From the NCBI RefSeq assembly GCF_001194135.2, contig NC_068989.1, positions 56,277 through 120,276 on the forward strand: 64,000 nucleotides of DNA, in the 5' to 3' direction. This document shows positions 12,488 through 26,643 of this stretch, piece by piece (the stretch's first letter is position 1; the number at the start of each line of letters is the position of its first letter). The DNA is from Octopus bimaculoides. Lineage: Eukaryota. The position numbers and the translations under genes are program-made. The notes below the pieces were generated by a model. That model did not search any database. It was not told where the DNA came from and saw only the letters and a program-made list of their open reading frames with translations.

Positions 12488-13795
12488 CATCATCATCATC
12501 ATCATCATCATTTAACGTCCGCTTTCCATGCTAGCATGGGTTGGACGATTTGACTGAGGACTGGTGAAACCGGATGGCAACACCAGGCTCCAGTCTGATT
12601 TGGCAGAGTTTCTACAGCTGGATGCCCTTCCTAATGCCAACCACTCAGAGAGTGTAGTGGGTGCTTTTACGTGTCACCCGCACGAAAACGGCCACGCTCG
12701 AAATGGTGTCTTTTATGTGCCACCCGNNNNNNNNNNNNNNNNNNNNNNNNNNNNNNNNNNNNNNNNNNNNNNNNNNNNNNNNNNNNNNNNNNNNNNNNNN
12801 NNNNNNNNNNNNNNNNNNNNNNNNNNNNNNNNNNNNNNNNNNNNNNNNNNNNNNNNNNNNNNNNNNNNNNNNNNNNNNNNNNNNNNNNNNNNNNNNNNNN
12901 NNNNNNNNNNNNNNNNNNNNNNNNNNNNNNNNNNNNNNNNNNNNNNNNNNNNNNNNNNNNNNNNNNNNNNNNNNNNNNNNNNNNNNNNNNNNNNNNNNNN
13001 NNNNNNNNNNNNNNNNNNNNNNNNNNNNNNNNNNNNNNNNNNNNNNNNNNNNNNNNNNNNNNNNNNNNNNNNNNNNNNNNNNNNNNNNNNNNNNNNNNNN
13101 NNNNNNNNNNNNNNNNNNNNNNNNNNNNNNNNNNNNNNNNNNNNNNNNNNNNNNNNNNNNNNNNNNNNNNNNNNNNNNNNNNNNNNNNNNNNNNNNNNNN
13201 NNNNNNNNNNNNNNNNNNNNNNNNNNNNNNNNNNNNNNNNNNNNNNNNNNNNNNNNNNNNNNNNNNNNNNNNNNNNNNNNNNNNNNNNNNNNNNNNNNNN
13301 NNNNNNNNNNNNNNNNNNNNNNNNNNNNNNNNNNNNNNNNNNNNNNNNNNNNNNNNNNNNNNNNNNNNNNNNNNNNNNNNNNNNNNNNNNNNNNNNNNNN
13401 NNNNNNNNNNNNNNNNNNNNNNNNNNNNNNNNNNNNNNNNNNNNNNNNNNNAAGAGCTCTCTAAACTTTGCCCAGGCTATTCTTATTCTAGCAGCTACAC
13501 TTTCAGCGCACCCACCCCCACTACTAACTTGGTCGCCCAGATAGCGGAAGCTATCGACTACCTCTAGTTTTTCACCCTGGAATGAGATAGAAGTTGTTTC
13601 CTGTTTGTTTGCAGTCTTTATTGCACCTGAACATCTGCCACAAACAAAAACTAACTTGCTAGTTAACCTGCCTTTGATGTTGCTGCACCTCTTATGTGTC
13701 CATAGCTTGCACCGGGTACATCTTATAGAGTTACTCCCTACTCCTTTTCTACATACTGAGCAGGGCCATCTACCTGACATTGTAAAATGAAAAGA
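12488..13795 (-). mobile_element. Young RTE LINE 3' portion spanning an assembly gap
   Basis: WPCSVCRKGVGSNSIRC...LEVVDSFRYLGDQVSSGGGCAESVAARIRIAWAKFREL; 3' tail gtccaacccatgctagcatggaaagcggacgttaaa(tga)n. Confidence 0.92.
12727..13451. other. Assembly gap
   Basis: N run. Confidence 1.
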
Positions 13796-16700
13796 AAGAC
13801 CAAATATTTGGTCACACATCAATAGCTGCTGCTATCAATAGTTATTTTATTTCGTTTGCCAGAATTGTTACAACATTGGACAAAATGTGAAGTAGTATTT
13901 ATTTTTAGCTTTTTATGTTGTCAGTTCAAATCCTGCCTTCCATCAGTTTGGGGTTGATAATATTGTACTTATACTTAGTCTTAACGGTATATATTTCAGT
14001 TCCATGATTGACAAAATAAATACTAACAAAAATGAGAGTAGACAAAGACCAATTCTACCTTCACTAAATTACTGAAGAAAGAGAATGAAAGAGTGTGGTT
14101 GTATTCTTTGTGTGAGAGAGAAGAGAGGAAGCAGCTGACCACCTTCTACTGAGAATAAAAACAAAGAGCTTTAAGTTCCTCTTTATATTAGTCAGGAACT
14201 GGCTAAGCAATACTGCACTCTTGATAATACAATAAATCTGGCAAATAACCAATAAAACTTCACATCATGGTTACATGACGATTACTAATGACAATTTGTA
14301 CCTGTAGTGGCCTCCTATCGTTTACTCTCATTTAACCAATTTGCATTCTCTACCTTGATTTTGGAGGAATCTCATATAGGAATCCTCATGTTGTCACTCT
14401 GTAAAATATCCCTGGAAAAGCTCCATTTTCGTGGTAGAGATGAAGTGCTAATACCTATGAAAGTGATTGATTGGTCAGTGTGTGGAATATGGAACAATTG
14501 AATATTTACTTGAACTATTTAATGAATTGATGTTGACATTAAAGATGTCAGAATCCAGTTTAGAACTGAACATCCACGAGACAGCTAGATACCACTGATA
14601 ATTTATCCTGTTCAATAGTTTTAACTAATCCAAAAGGATTCTTCACTCAAACCAGATCTAGCTCTTATTCTTTCAATCCTGTAACATGAGATAAAAGTTG
14701 TCTTGCACAGACCTCCTTGTAAGTGCACAGGTTTGTATCAGTTCGTCCATCTCATCAAAAATAAATACCAATTTCTTGACTAGCACTTCGGCTAAAATTT
14801 TCACTGTGTTCTTGAGTCATAGGTATGAGGATATTTAACTTATCTTATTCCCTTTGTTCTTTCTTTCTTAGCAATGCCACAATGTGTCATTCATCTCAGC
14901 TTCCAAATATTCTCGGCCTGATACCAGTTTTGTTAGCCATATATCGTGATGAATAGGGATGAATTTGCTATTGACAAATAGAATTCGTACTATTTAGACT
15001 TGCTGTTGACACAAACATCCGATCTTGTAATCTCTCAACCATTCTGTATCTACTGCTGAAAACTGAATCAGATGGTTAGCAAATTCTGTCCTCTTAAAAC
15101 TGCATTTCCTCAGCATCTGACACTACATATTCCTTTGGTTTCTGTGACTTGTCTCTGCCATTGATCACAGCTGAGCTATTTTATAGACCCTTTAGCAAAG
15201 CAATGCATTGGGGCCCCTACATTTTGTATTGGCAGCAAGCTACAGTATACACAGATTAATATTTGAGCTCCCTGAACAACTGTCCAGTATGTCCATTACT
15301 TAAGGTAATATTACACACAAATTTCTTTCCTTTAAATATCAGAACACCTTACCTCTCGTGATTTACCTCAACCTCCTTATTTGGCAATGACGTTGTGACC
15401 CCTAGCCATCGGCATTTCTATTTCATAGCCTCTTTCAGTTTCCTTTACCTTCGCTGCTACTGCTGATGATTTCCTTACATAAACAGAAGCCCTCAAATTT
15501 TGGAAGTAACAATCAGTTGGATTTATTGACTTCAGTATTTGACTTGTACTTTAATCCATCAACTCCGGAAGGAAGAAAAACAAAGTGAATCTTTGTGTAA
15601 TATCAGAATTATCACATAAGCTGCAACATCTTCTGATTAACTCTCTAACATAGTCATGCAAATTGTAAAAATAGATAAACTGTTGAGGATCTACTTAACC
15701 TCAATGCAAGCCAATAAAGGAGTCTCTACGGGGTTCATCAATCTGCTGGAAATAACAGCTAAATCTGCATGTAATTAAAATGCCTGTTAAAATATAAACA
15801 ACAAATTAGATAATACTATCTGGAAAAGACAATTTTGTCTTGGCTTGGATGCTTTTGATCACAGGACTGTTGATCTTGGCTGACCCAGGGCTAATCAACA
15901 ATTTTGGTAAATGCAACAGGTAATTTGAAATTTTCTTAATTTTACTTATTTTGTAAGGTGTGACAGAAATAATTTAATTTTAGATTTATTCTTTGATTTG
16001 CGTGTTAAAGTAGGATGTTTTTACTGTAGAGGGAATGAAAGACATTGTGAGGGAGGTGAGTAATGCCAAGTGTTTTTACTATCTAACGTGTTAGACCTAC
16101 CACCATCAGTGTTAGTATGCAGTATATAGGTCAAATTATACTGTACCTAACCTCTCATCGTGTGAATCAGTGTCACTGATTTACACAATTTGATATTTAA
16201 ATTGGCATTACCTGCTATCTCAGAAGCTGTGAAAATTCTATTTTCTTACCTGCTACAAGGAAAACTATTTGTTCGATGTTGAAGTTTGAATCTTTGCTTT
16301 TGATCATATTCATGAAGGGGTGGGAAGGGGGGGGGGGTTGTTTACTTTCGATATTCTGTACATTATTTTTCTCTGTATTGTGTAGTAAGTGATGATGATA
16401 TATATATAATTCTCACATGAACTCCTTTTCGCGCATAAGTTAAAATAAAGGGTTCATTTTTTTTGTTTTTGTTTTACGACTGAAAATGTTGGAAATTTCC
16501 AATGTGTTCTTTTCTTTTCTTTTTTTTTTTTTTTCTACAAAATGAAACTTGAAAGGACATTTGCAAAAAATATGGGTACCGAAATAACAGCCAAATCTCC
16601 AATAAACTCTCTTGACACACACCCACACACATCTGTATGTGATGCAGATACAACACGAATTCCTTGAAAATATCAAAGAAATTTCATGTTACACACCATT

Positions 16701-17028
16701 GAAACTTATGGAGAATAAACCTCATAATTATATTTTCAACATTGTATTGCAGGATCTTGTATTCCATTTTGAAATTTCGCTTGGTGACAGAAAATGAAAC
16801 AATTTTAGTGTGCATGCACAATACCTGAAAGGGAAATCAGTTGACCCAACAAAACAAAAAAATGATGAACACTTTATTGTAACTTTCGTGATAATATAAT
16901 GAAAAAAATATGTGATTGATCAAATCTTCTTTCTGCAAAGATTTATATCAGAGAAATTCACACGATCCGATTTTTTTCCCTCATAACTTTAAAGAAAATC
17001 TTTTAATGACATTTTGCAGAAACACTTT

Positions 17029-17166
17029 GTCATTTGACTGCAGCCATGCTGGAGCACTGTCTTTACTCGAGCAAATCGACCCCAGGATTCATTCTTTGTA
17101 AGCCTAGTACTTATTCTATCGGACCTCTTTTGCTGAACCGCTAAGTTAGGGAAACATAGACACAAC
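17029..17166 (-). mobile_element. SINE 3' portion, an uninterrupted copy of the family that hosts the 43.1 kb insertion
   Basis: Reverse complement: cttagcggttcagcaaaagaggtccgatagaataagtactaggc...gtcgatttgctcgag...gcatggctgcagtcaaatgac. Confidence 0.75.
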
Positions 17167-17176
17167 NNNNNNNNNN
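17167..17176. other. Assembly gap (10 N)
   Basis: N run. Confidence 1.
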
Positions 17177-17199
17177 GGGGGGGGGGAGCAAACACACAC

Positions 17200-17230
<31 letters not shown>

Positions 17231-18329
17231 AATAAATTGGGCATGGGCGATTGTTGTATTCTTTCTTGTCTTGAGGGATTCGTGTGAAAAATGGCACATG
17301 TGGAGGCTGCTGCATAGATTGGAATGCGGTTTGTATTTTTTTGCTAGCCCCCATACTTGCTGAGAAAATCGATTAACACTTTTTCTAATGGAATTCCTCT
17401 GTTTGTTCCGCCATTAAAACAACCACTTGCTCACTCAGCCGGCATATACCATTTCGCTAGCAACAAGGGGAGTACAAGATGACATTCAGCCAAAACTGTC
17501 GCTATGCTGTCTCTCTTCTTTCACCTCTCTGTGGGGTTAATAATCTTAATCTTTAGTTACAGTTTCTCATTCAAACTACATAATACGCAGAATTGTTGGA
17601 TTAAGACAGTAGGGTGTTTTGAGGGAAATTTGGCTGCTATTTCTACCAGGTCTACCTACCGTGTAGAGGTCTGAACTTAATTTTTATTCACATATTTGCA
17701 TTTCAAAAATTTAGCATAATCTTTTCCATAAATCAACTATTGTAAAAATTTTATACGATGACCTCACATTTTCTATGTATGTGTGTGTACCTTAAAAGAC
17801 GTCAGTCATCACCACACACACCTTCACTCACTCACTCACTCACTCACTCACTCTCTCTATCTCTCTTTCTCACCCTCTTTCTCTCACATACACGCACGCA
17901 CACACACACACACACACACACGTCCATTTCATGTGTCTTCTTTCAATTTCTGCTCTTTGCAAATAAAATTTTTATGGATAAAACTGCTTACAAAAATAGG
18001 GATTAGTGTATAATTTCTTTCTATGTTCATAATTAAATCAATGTTTTAATGATTAGACAGAGGTCCAATAGAATAGCTCTCAGAAACAGACTATGTACAA
18101 ATTCATTCTTCACAACTCCTGAAGCTGTTTTCTGACAAATGGAGAGGTGTCAAGAAATTTTCATACAGCTGGAGGCTCCAATCGAAACATTATCTGTCTT
18201 GCATCTCCTACTGACCATTTTCTCTTCCTTCCCTTCTTTCTGTAAATAGTCATATAACCCTCTTGTCCCCTAGCATGAAGCTGCCACCTACCACTCAGTG
18301 GGTTTGTAGTCCTGTGAACTGCATGGTGA

Positions 18330-18525
18330 CCTCAATAATGCAGGTGGCACACAAAATGTATCCATTCACAGTGTAAAGTGCTTGATTTTTAGGAAGGGCA
18401 TCCAGCCATAAAACCCATGCTAAAACAGACAATTGGAGCATGATGCAGTCCTTGGTCACATTGGATCCTATCAAACCATCCAACCCATGCCAGCATGGAT
18501 GTTAAATGACGATGATGATGAATTA
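18330..18525 (+). mobile_element. RTE LINE 3' UTR/tail fragment
   Basis: aggaagggcatccagccataaaac...ccaacccatgccagcatggatgttaaatgacgatgatg. Confidence 0.75.
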
Positions 18526-20174
18526 TTTACTCAATGTTTCCTTCTTCTAAATATGAAGGAAATAGCCTTTGTGTGTCTGCATATTCACATAAATATTTAT
18601 ACTTGCTCACGCATGAAAGTGATAGAGTAGTAACTTACAGAACAGGTAAGTTAACAAAATATTATAGATTAGGAAGAATATTAACTGAGAATGTTGTTCA
18701 AGGGAAAATTGAATTTGATTGATGGATTGTCTAGTCTAATAATGTACTTTGTTTCTGGGGTGTATGGTAAGCTGGTTATTGGAGTATAGTTGGTTGGCTT
18801 TCTATAATTGAAAAGGATGTCTATTTAACTGTATATATTTGTACATGTACATACCTATACAGGTGTATTTTATAAACATATGTGGAGATATGTGTGTGTG
18901 TATTCACACACACACATTTTATGTTGTTGTTAACTTCAATTTCATTAACACTTCACTAGTCTAGCAATCATCAAACTTGAATTGTTCACCTATAAATTGA
19001 TGATGTTCTGAATGTGTTCAGGTGTTCTGAATGTTTCTTAGGATGAAGGAAAGAAAATTAACTGGGTTTTGTTCATTATTACATATCCATTTGCACAACC
19101 TGCTACAAATGGTAGCCATGTCCAGAATCCTGTTAACAGTATTATAGGCTTCCTGGTATACACAACCATGAGGCCCCTGCATACACAACAAGAGATATAT
19201 AATCATTGGGCTTCCTGACTTATGTGGCTCCTGGGCTCTGTGTGCCCATATCCTAAGGTCGCACTGTCCAAATCTTCCCTATAACACATCTTCCCATCTT
19301 AAAAATGGGAATAACAGAATGAAAAATGAATGATTACTGCCTTTGACTTTTGTGTATGCTTCAACAGGGGCTAAACAATGTGTATCCATAAAGATGAAAA
19401 AATTCACACACACTAACAAATTGATTTATTAATGAGTTAGGTCATATATAAATATTTTTCCTTAATTACAGTAACAAATTAAAGAGACTCTCTTCACTCT
19501 GAATAATTATAATGGGAAACAAACCCAAGTTGTTTGATTAGTATGCATGGATGTTGTAGATATTGACTTAAAAACAATTCAGAAGACCAGTTGGTCATTT
19601 TTGATAATGACTTAAATTAGGTTAGTTACAAGTGAATCGCAGGTCAAACCAAATGTTCTCTGTGCTACAGGCTGTATTTGAAGACATGACAGATTTGTAT
19701 AAATGTAATGTAAAGCCTTAGAAAATTTTTACAAATGTTTATCTTGGAAAATGTTATTCAGAATTTTATACACAAATACGGTTAATAAAACAAGGTTAGA
19801 AATATGACAATCCCCAAGTATAACGATATCTATTTCAACATGATTTCACATCAAGAATCTTGTAAAACAAATACATAAATGTAACAAGGTAAGCAATAGA
19901 TTTCTGTATACATTTCTGAACATTTAGCTTTAAAATAGCTTTTTTAAAACTTTCTGTGCACTGATCGCCAGTGTACCCTGAGTCAAAAATATTGAGAACC
20001 TCTCGCTTAAAAATCGGTGCCAATTTGAAGACCCAACTGCAATAAACACTGATATAAATATATATTTGAAATGTACTTCTTCCATTCTTCTATAGCAGTA
20101 GCCTAAAACTTAATCTGACTGAAAAGTTGATCAAGTTGCAACAGAGTATGAGACTTCATTTAATCAAGTTAGTT

Positions 20175-20218
20175 CATCATCGTTTAACGTCCGCTTTCCA
20201 TGCTAGCATGGGTTGGAC
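20175..20218 (-). mobile_element. RTE 3' tail-only copy (44 bp)
   Basis: Reverse complement gtccaacccatgctagcatggaaagcggacgttaaacgatgatg, essentially identical to the tails at 12.5 and 43.2 kb. Confidence 0.85.
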
Positions 20219-21063
20219 AAAAAACTAGCTGAAAATGAACTTCCATCTTATTGTTAACTTCTGTTGTAAAAGCAGTTGTTGTTTCCTTAGCTGAACAAAG
20301 CTATGATCGAAGGCACACCCGTCGTGACTATCCCATCCCTTCTTTAGAAGTATGTAGGATTACGTTGTCTAATGTCTTCTTATTTAAAAGGGAAGTGGCG
20401 ATCTGACTGCTACTTCTAATAAGCTAAGAGACCATGTAGTCTTCATTGTGGACTTGTAGAACCACTAGACAGCAACAGTGATTGCTGTTTGGAATAGTAT
20501 TTAGCTATGGACTTTTGGTTGAGATTCTTCAAATCAAGTCAACTGGTAGGAAATCTATGGGTAGACCAAGCTGGTTGGATAATATTCATTATCATAGTTC
20601 ATCACGCTTGGGAATCCAGCTGTTATGTGTAATGACAGTTGTCCTTGGTAGGATCCTGTGTAAAGGGTGCTTGAGGATTGTACTCCCACAATCCTCCCAG
20701 CAATAGTAGGTGAAGATGGGTGGATGATTGCTTAATTGTTTGAATATGTCTTACACAACAGCTTTTATATGTTGGTAGATAAATATCTTAAAAGCACATG
20801 AAAGCCTCTCTCATTGTGTTGAAGTGCTGCTAAGTCTTACCCTCTGCAGGATCTGAACTCACCACTTGACGTGTATAAACACTAAACTATTATAGTTCCC
20901 GTAGTACTTTTGTCAAAAATCTACGTACTCAATGCACCTATTACTTCTTACTGGTTTGTACCATTACCATAGTAAACTGGCTGACCTCACCATAAATATA
21001 AATGTTGCTTCCCTTTCATCATTGTTTCTCCTCACTACAATCTGTGCAGTTGCTATGCCCAAC

Positions 21064-21097
<34 letters not shown>

Positions 21098-21129
21098 CAC
21101 ACACACGCACACACATGATTTCAGAATTG

Positions 21130-21450
21130 GCCCTCCATCTCATTACCAATGCCAGTTTGGCATGTAAAAAAACACCCTTTGAACACTGGGCCTCATGGAG
21201 GCAATTAGTGACTGAGACCTTTGGCAATATGCCATGCTTGAGAACACCCGTCAAGCCAAATGAAATCATAGTTGTGGCCAATGCTGGTGTCACATAACTG
21301 GAATCCATTATACTCTTGGAGTGATTGGCATCCAGCTGTAGAAGCCATGCCAAATCAGATTGGGATCTGGTGTAGCCCTTCAGTTTACCAGTTTCAGTCA
21401 AACCATCTAACTCATGCCAGTGTGGAAAACAGATGCTGAATGATGATGAT
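21130..21450 (+). mobile_element. RTE-family 3' UTR/tail fragment
   Basis: ggcatccagctgtagaagcc...ctaactcatgccagtgtggaaaacagatgctgaatgatgatgatg. Confidence 0.65.
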
Positions 21451-21575
21451 GCATTGGAATATATGGATGTGTTTGTATATGGCATATACACATGCGCAGA
21501 TCTCAGCCCTCACTTGGTGTCCCTCTTATTAAAATACTGTGATTCAAATTAATCCGACAAATAATGATGTATATG

Positions 21576-21611
<36 letters not shown>

Positions 21612-21617
21612 CATGTA

Positions 21618-21674
<57 letters not shown>

Positions 21675-23644
21675 GACCTGGTGTACCAGTTATGATTGAA
21701 GTTGTGTTCACCCTGATTTTTGTCCCAAGGGAACACCATATTGATGTGATATGGAGTGTTACTACAGAGTTCACCCCTGTCTAGATATTGAGCACTCTAA
21801 ATCCATAGCTTCTACTGGGGCATAACACTCACTCATTTGTGACTGCTTAAAAAACAGCAAAAATAAAATAAAGCTTCTCGCCTACTTTGAGTGGATACAG
21901 TTACCATTAGTTTGATGGAATGTCTTTATGGGTAGCAAAGAGACTGGTAAATTGTAAGAAAATGCAAAGAAAAACATATTTCATCGCAAGCCTACATATT
22001 CAGATAATCTTTGGTTGAATTAATTTTGCTTGACATTTCTGCAAGAAATGCCAATGCTGGAAAAGGTTGCCACCTTTATGGCCAGCAGAATTTGTATGTA
22101 TATTATCAAGTGATAATAAATGGATTGCTTTGTTTTGTAAGCGTTAAATGACTTAGACAAAAATCCTATATTTACTCGGTGTATGAAGGATATATTTACC
22201 TAGCATATGGCTAACATTGTACAAATGTCTAAGTGGAATATATTAAATAAACCTCCATGTGTTACATTACCATTTAACAAATGTAGCCTGTGAACTCTTC
22301 TTGCGTACTGTGGTACTTACCATTAAAAGCGATTTATTGTAAGTATATTTCTGCTATTTGCTAAATGTTTCACAACAATACTTATTTATTTCGTAAAATT
22401 TTTCTTCCACATTAGTGTACAGCTGATAATCATGTGCTATATATAAAATTCTTATGTTGCATATCAGCAAATAGTAATGTTTTTCTGTCTTAGGAAAGTT
22501 TGGTGGGTTGGTTACACAAGTATTGTTCCCTACTGCCCTTACCAATTAATTCATTGCTAGATTTGATTTCAGTGTTATGAATTAACTAAATATTATCATC
22601 TCTCCACTGCTTATACCTGTGAACTATACTTCCCCATAGAGCCTATTTACAGCTAGGTGGACCTGGGTCATTGAAAATTATCTTTTTCAAGAAGCATAAT
22701 CCAGTTACTTATTACGGGAAATCTGATGTCTAAGTCTGTGTCAACTGGCATGTTACATACTTAGCCATTTACCTCTCTGATTTTTCTGTATATTTTGTCA
22801 GTGTTTTTTGAAATGGTTAGAATCAAGAATCAGCTAATTATATAACCAATCTTGTGCTGACTACTTTAATTTATTTGTGTATTTTATTTATTTTGCTGTA
22901 AGTGAATTTAAACAGTGTTCTATTGATTGTTGAATGAATTTTCTGTTCTTTTACTCCTTGACCATGAAGTGTTTCGATGGATAAAATGAAACAACTTTGA
23001 GAATAGAAATGACGTAATTTATGTATTTATTGTTAATTTTTCATGAAATATTTTGTATTAATACAAGAAACCCTTAGCACACTTCAAGCAAAATAGTGAT
23101 TCTTCCCACCACTGCTCATCTAGTTTGTTGCATAGAAATTACTGAGTCATTTCTTTCCAGTATGACAGTATAGTGGTAATGAGGGTGTGATATTTATAAC
23201 AATTCCTATCAACTGTGTTACATGCAATTTGTGTTAAATATTTTGTAACAATCTCTGCTGTTTACATAAGACTGTCAAAAAAATGGCTACTGCATGACAA
23301 CCAGTGTGTATCTGTTTGGGCCAGTATATAAGTATGTCTGATAAGGTTGAAGTTTTAGCTTTAATCTGGATGACTAGTATTTTTTTAAATTTATTTATAT
23401 TTTGCTACTTTTATAAATCATTTTCCTTTTGTTATATGAGAACACTATTCACCTTGTAATGCAGCCGGGAAAATTCTCACTGGTTTTGTCTCTGTGTAAA
23501 CGTAGACATTTTGATCTCAAGTTTGTTTGTTAGCTGTATTGTTCATAGTATAGCTATGTACTTTGTGTGTGTGTACATGAATGTATGTAAGATGCATACA
23601 TGTATATATACAATGTGTATATGTGTGTATATATACATATATAT

Positions 23645-24250
23645 GTTCCTTTGAGTTATGGCCCAAAAGCTGTGGCCATACTGGGGCACTACCATTTTCA
23701 TTACCTTTTCAATGGCCATGCTCATGTGCTTGGCTTTTGGTGAATGAGGGGGTTTGATATTGCTATCCACATGTGAGTTTCTTGCCATGATATCAGCTCA
23801 TATGCAATTTTGGAGAGCAGAATATCAAAGTCCTTCTTGAAAGCATGTACCCCAATTCCATTTAGATCCCTAAGGATTTTCAGTAGGCATTAAACAAATG
23901 TGGGGACTTATTGCACTGTGCAATGGCATACTGTTTGGAGGTTAGTATCACTCTCAATGCCAAAGTTTGGTACCAAGCCCACTAAAATCTTCCATATGTA
24001 TATTGCTGCATATCTTTCCATGCCTTTGCTCCAAGGAGTAGCGTTGTATTTCTTGCAGTCTCTCTCAGTAGTTCAAGTGTCACATTGAAGTAATCTTCCT
24101 AATGTAGCACCATTGAATTGCTTCAACTTCTATTAATAATTTGACATTGTTGGGTGAACATAGCTGAAGGCAGTAGTCCAGACAGCTGAGGGCAAACAGT
24201 CTCCATAGGACCAATATAAACTCCAAGACCTTTTGTTCTGAAAATTCTCA
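23645..24250 (-). mobile_element. Highly decayed CR1/L2-like LINE RT C-terminal fragment
   Basis: Minus-strand VVPQYGHSFWAITQRNI resembles the VRPHLEYxxxxWSP motif; many disruptions. Confidence 0.35.
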
Positions 24251-24769
24251 GAATCTGTATACATTGTGTGCGTGTGTGCATGCATGTGTGTGTGTATATA
24301 TATTATATATAATCATTTATAATTTAATATGTTTTCTATGCTGTCATAGGTTGGACAGTTTCATAGGATCTGATGAGCCACAGGGCCATGTCAAGCTCCA
24401 GTGTCACCTTTAGCATAATTTCTATGGCTGGATGCCCTTCTAGTGCCAGCAACTTTACAGAGTGTCTGAGTGGGTTTTTTCATACCCCCGTCACTAGTGA
24501 GCTTGTTTAGTAGCTTGCAAGACAATTTGAGAGGAGGATGAGGGGGCAATGCTTGTACGCCAGATGTTGAGAGGCTAAAGTGTGATAGAGGGACAAACCC
24601 AGGTGTTGTGTTGTAGAGGAGATACAAGGCTATGCTGCATTGTATAAGGGTGGGTGAAAGTTGCTGGAAAGAAGACAAATGGTGGTGATGGAATGCCATA
24701 TCATCTGGAAGTACAAAACAGTGCTTCTGGGACTGTATATTTGGCTGGAGGGTGGGAATTTCTTCTGCT

Positions 24770-26590
24770 CAGGTGTGGTGCCAACTATGTCTGCACAGGC
24801 AGGAGTGTAGATACTCGCAACACCCTGACTGTCAGATTTTGTTAGGGAGTGCATCCTACTAGATGGGATTGTTTGCTTCCTAAGTATTTGGCTAAAGGAA
24901 GGACCATTGTGGCTGTTGAAGCTTGTGGCAAAAAAGAGGATATAGCATCAGATAATGTGGAGGACAACTGGAGGTTCCTATGGGACAACCAGTTGAGGGC
25001 TACTGACCAGATCTGTGGCTGGTGCAAAGTCCTCTCTCAATCTAAGGTAATGTTGTGGTGGAATAATGTAGTTGACAGGGCCATTAGAGAAAAGAAACAG
25101 GCATGGTAGTAGGGAACAGTATCAGATCACCAGAAGGGAAACTAGAAGACAGGTTCACTTAGCCAGAGAGGAAGCGGATAACATAAATTTGCCAATGTTC
25201 TGCATCTTGAGGACCAGAGACTTGAAGTGTCTCATATTGCAAGACAGTGTGTCTAGAGAGAATAATGATGCCATAGGAGAGTAGTGTGTCTGCATGGATT
25301 ATGGATCATTTGCATTAAATGATGTGGCAAAGAGAGAGACTTGGAGATGCCACTCTTTAATCAGACTCTTCACAATATCCTGCCAGTTATATTATGGCAT
25401 TTGAATCTCAAGGGCATTATAGTTAACTGCTATGAGGGTAAAGGTGATGCCTTAGATAGTAACAACTACAGAGGCATTAAACTGCTAGACCAAGTAATGA
25501 AAATTACTGAGAGGTTTATAGCTCAATTGATTAGAAATAGAATTAAACTAGATGAGATGCAGTTTGGTTTTGTACTTGGGAAGAGTACCACAGATATGCC
25601 ATCTTCCTAGTGAGACAGCTGTAGGAAAAGTACTTGGCCAAAAGTAAGCCATTGTACTTAGCTTTCGTTGACCTGGAGAAAACTTTCAACAGAGTTCCCT
25701 GCTCTGTTATATGGTGGTCTCTAAGGAGGTTAGGAGTAGAGGAGTGGCTTGTTAGAACTGTCCAAGCCATGTACAGTGGTGCTGTCAGTAAGGTGAGAGT
25801 TGGCCATGAATACAGTGATGAATTTAGCATTCAGGTAGGGGTCCACCAGGGCTCAGTTCTCAGTCCACTCTTATTCATTATAGTTCTCCAGGCCATAACA
25901 GAGGAATTCAAAACTGGGTGCCTGTGAGAGCTACTCTTTGCTGATGACCTTGCTCTTATTGCAGAATCTTCAGCAGAATTGGAGAAGAAATTCGAGGTAT
26001 GGAAACAAAACCTGGAATGAAAAGGCCTTAAAGTTAATCTAGCTAAGACAAAAGTGGTTGTTAATTAGAAAGAAAATAAAACTTTCTTTCTGTCNNNNNN
26101 NNNNNNNNNNNNNNNNNNNNNNNNNNNNNNNNNNNNNNNNNNNNNNNNNNNNNNNNNNNNNNNNNNNNNNNNNNNNNNNNNNNNNNNNNNNNNNNNNNNN
26201 NNNNNNNNNNNNNNNNNNNNNNNNNNNNNNNNNNNNNNNNNNNNNNNNNNNNNNNNNNNNNNNNNNNNNNNNNNNNNNNNNNNNNNNNNNNNNNNNNNNN
26301 NNNNNNNNNNNNNNNNNNNNNNNNNNNNNNNNNNNNNNNNNNNNNNNNNNNNNNNNNNNNNNNNNNNNNNNNNNNNNNNNNNNNNNNNNNNNNNNNNNNN
26401 NNNNNNNNNNNNNNNNNNNNNNNNNNNNNNNNNNNNNNNNNNNNNNNNNNNNNNNNNNNNNNNNNNNNNNNNNNNNNNNNNNNNNNNNNNNNNNNNNNNN
26501 NNNNNNNNNNNNNNNNNNNNNNNNNNNNNNNNNNNNNNNNNNNNNNNNNNNNNNNNNNNNNNNNNNNNNNNNNNNNNNNNNNNNNNNNNN

Positions 26591-26643
<53 letters not shown>

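Noticed and set aside
12564-13822. Long ORFs of 267-369 aa in the track
   Set aside because: Artefacts of translating through the N gap; only the RTE portion is real.
14860-15150. LINE RT relic (LLTNRIR)
   Set aside because: Too short and disrupted to assign.
16250-17560. Candidate 5' UTR exon or promoter of the spectrin gene (gtaagt near 16385, slightly CpG-richer patch near 17400-17500)
   Set aside because: Such motifs occur by chance in AT-rich DNA, and the area is full of repeat fragments. Transcript data are needed.
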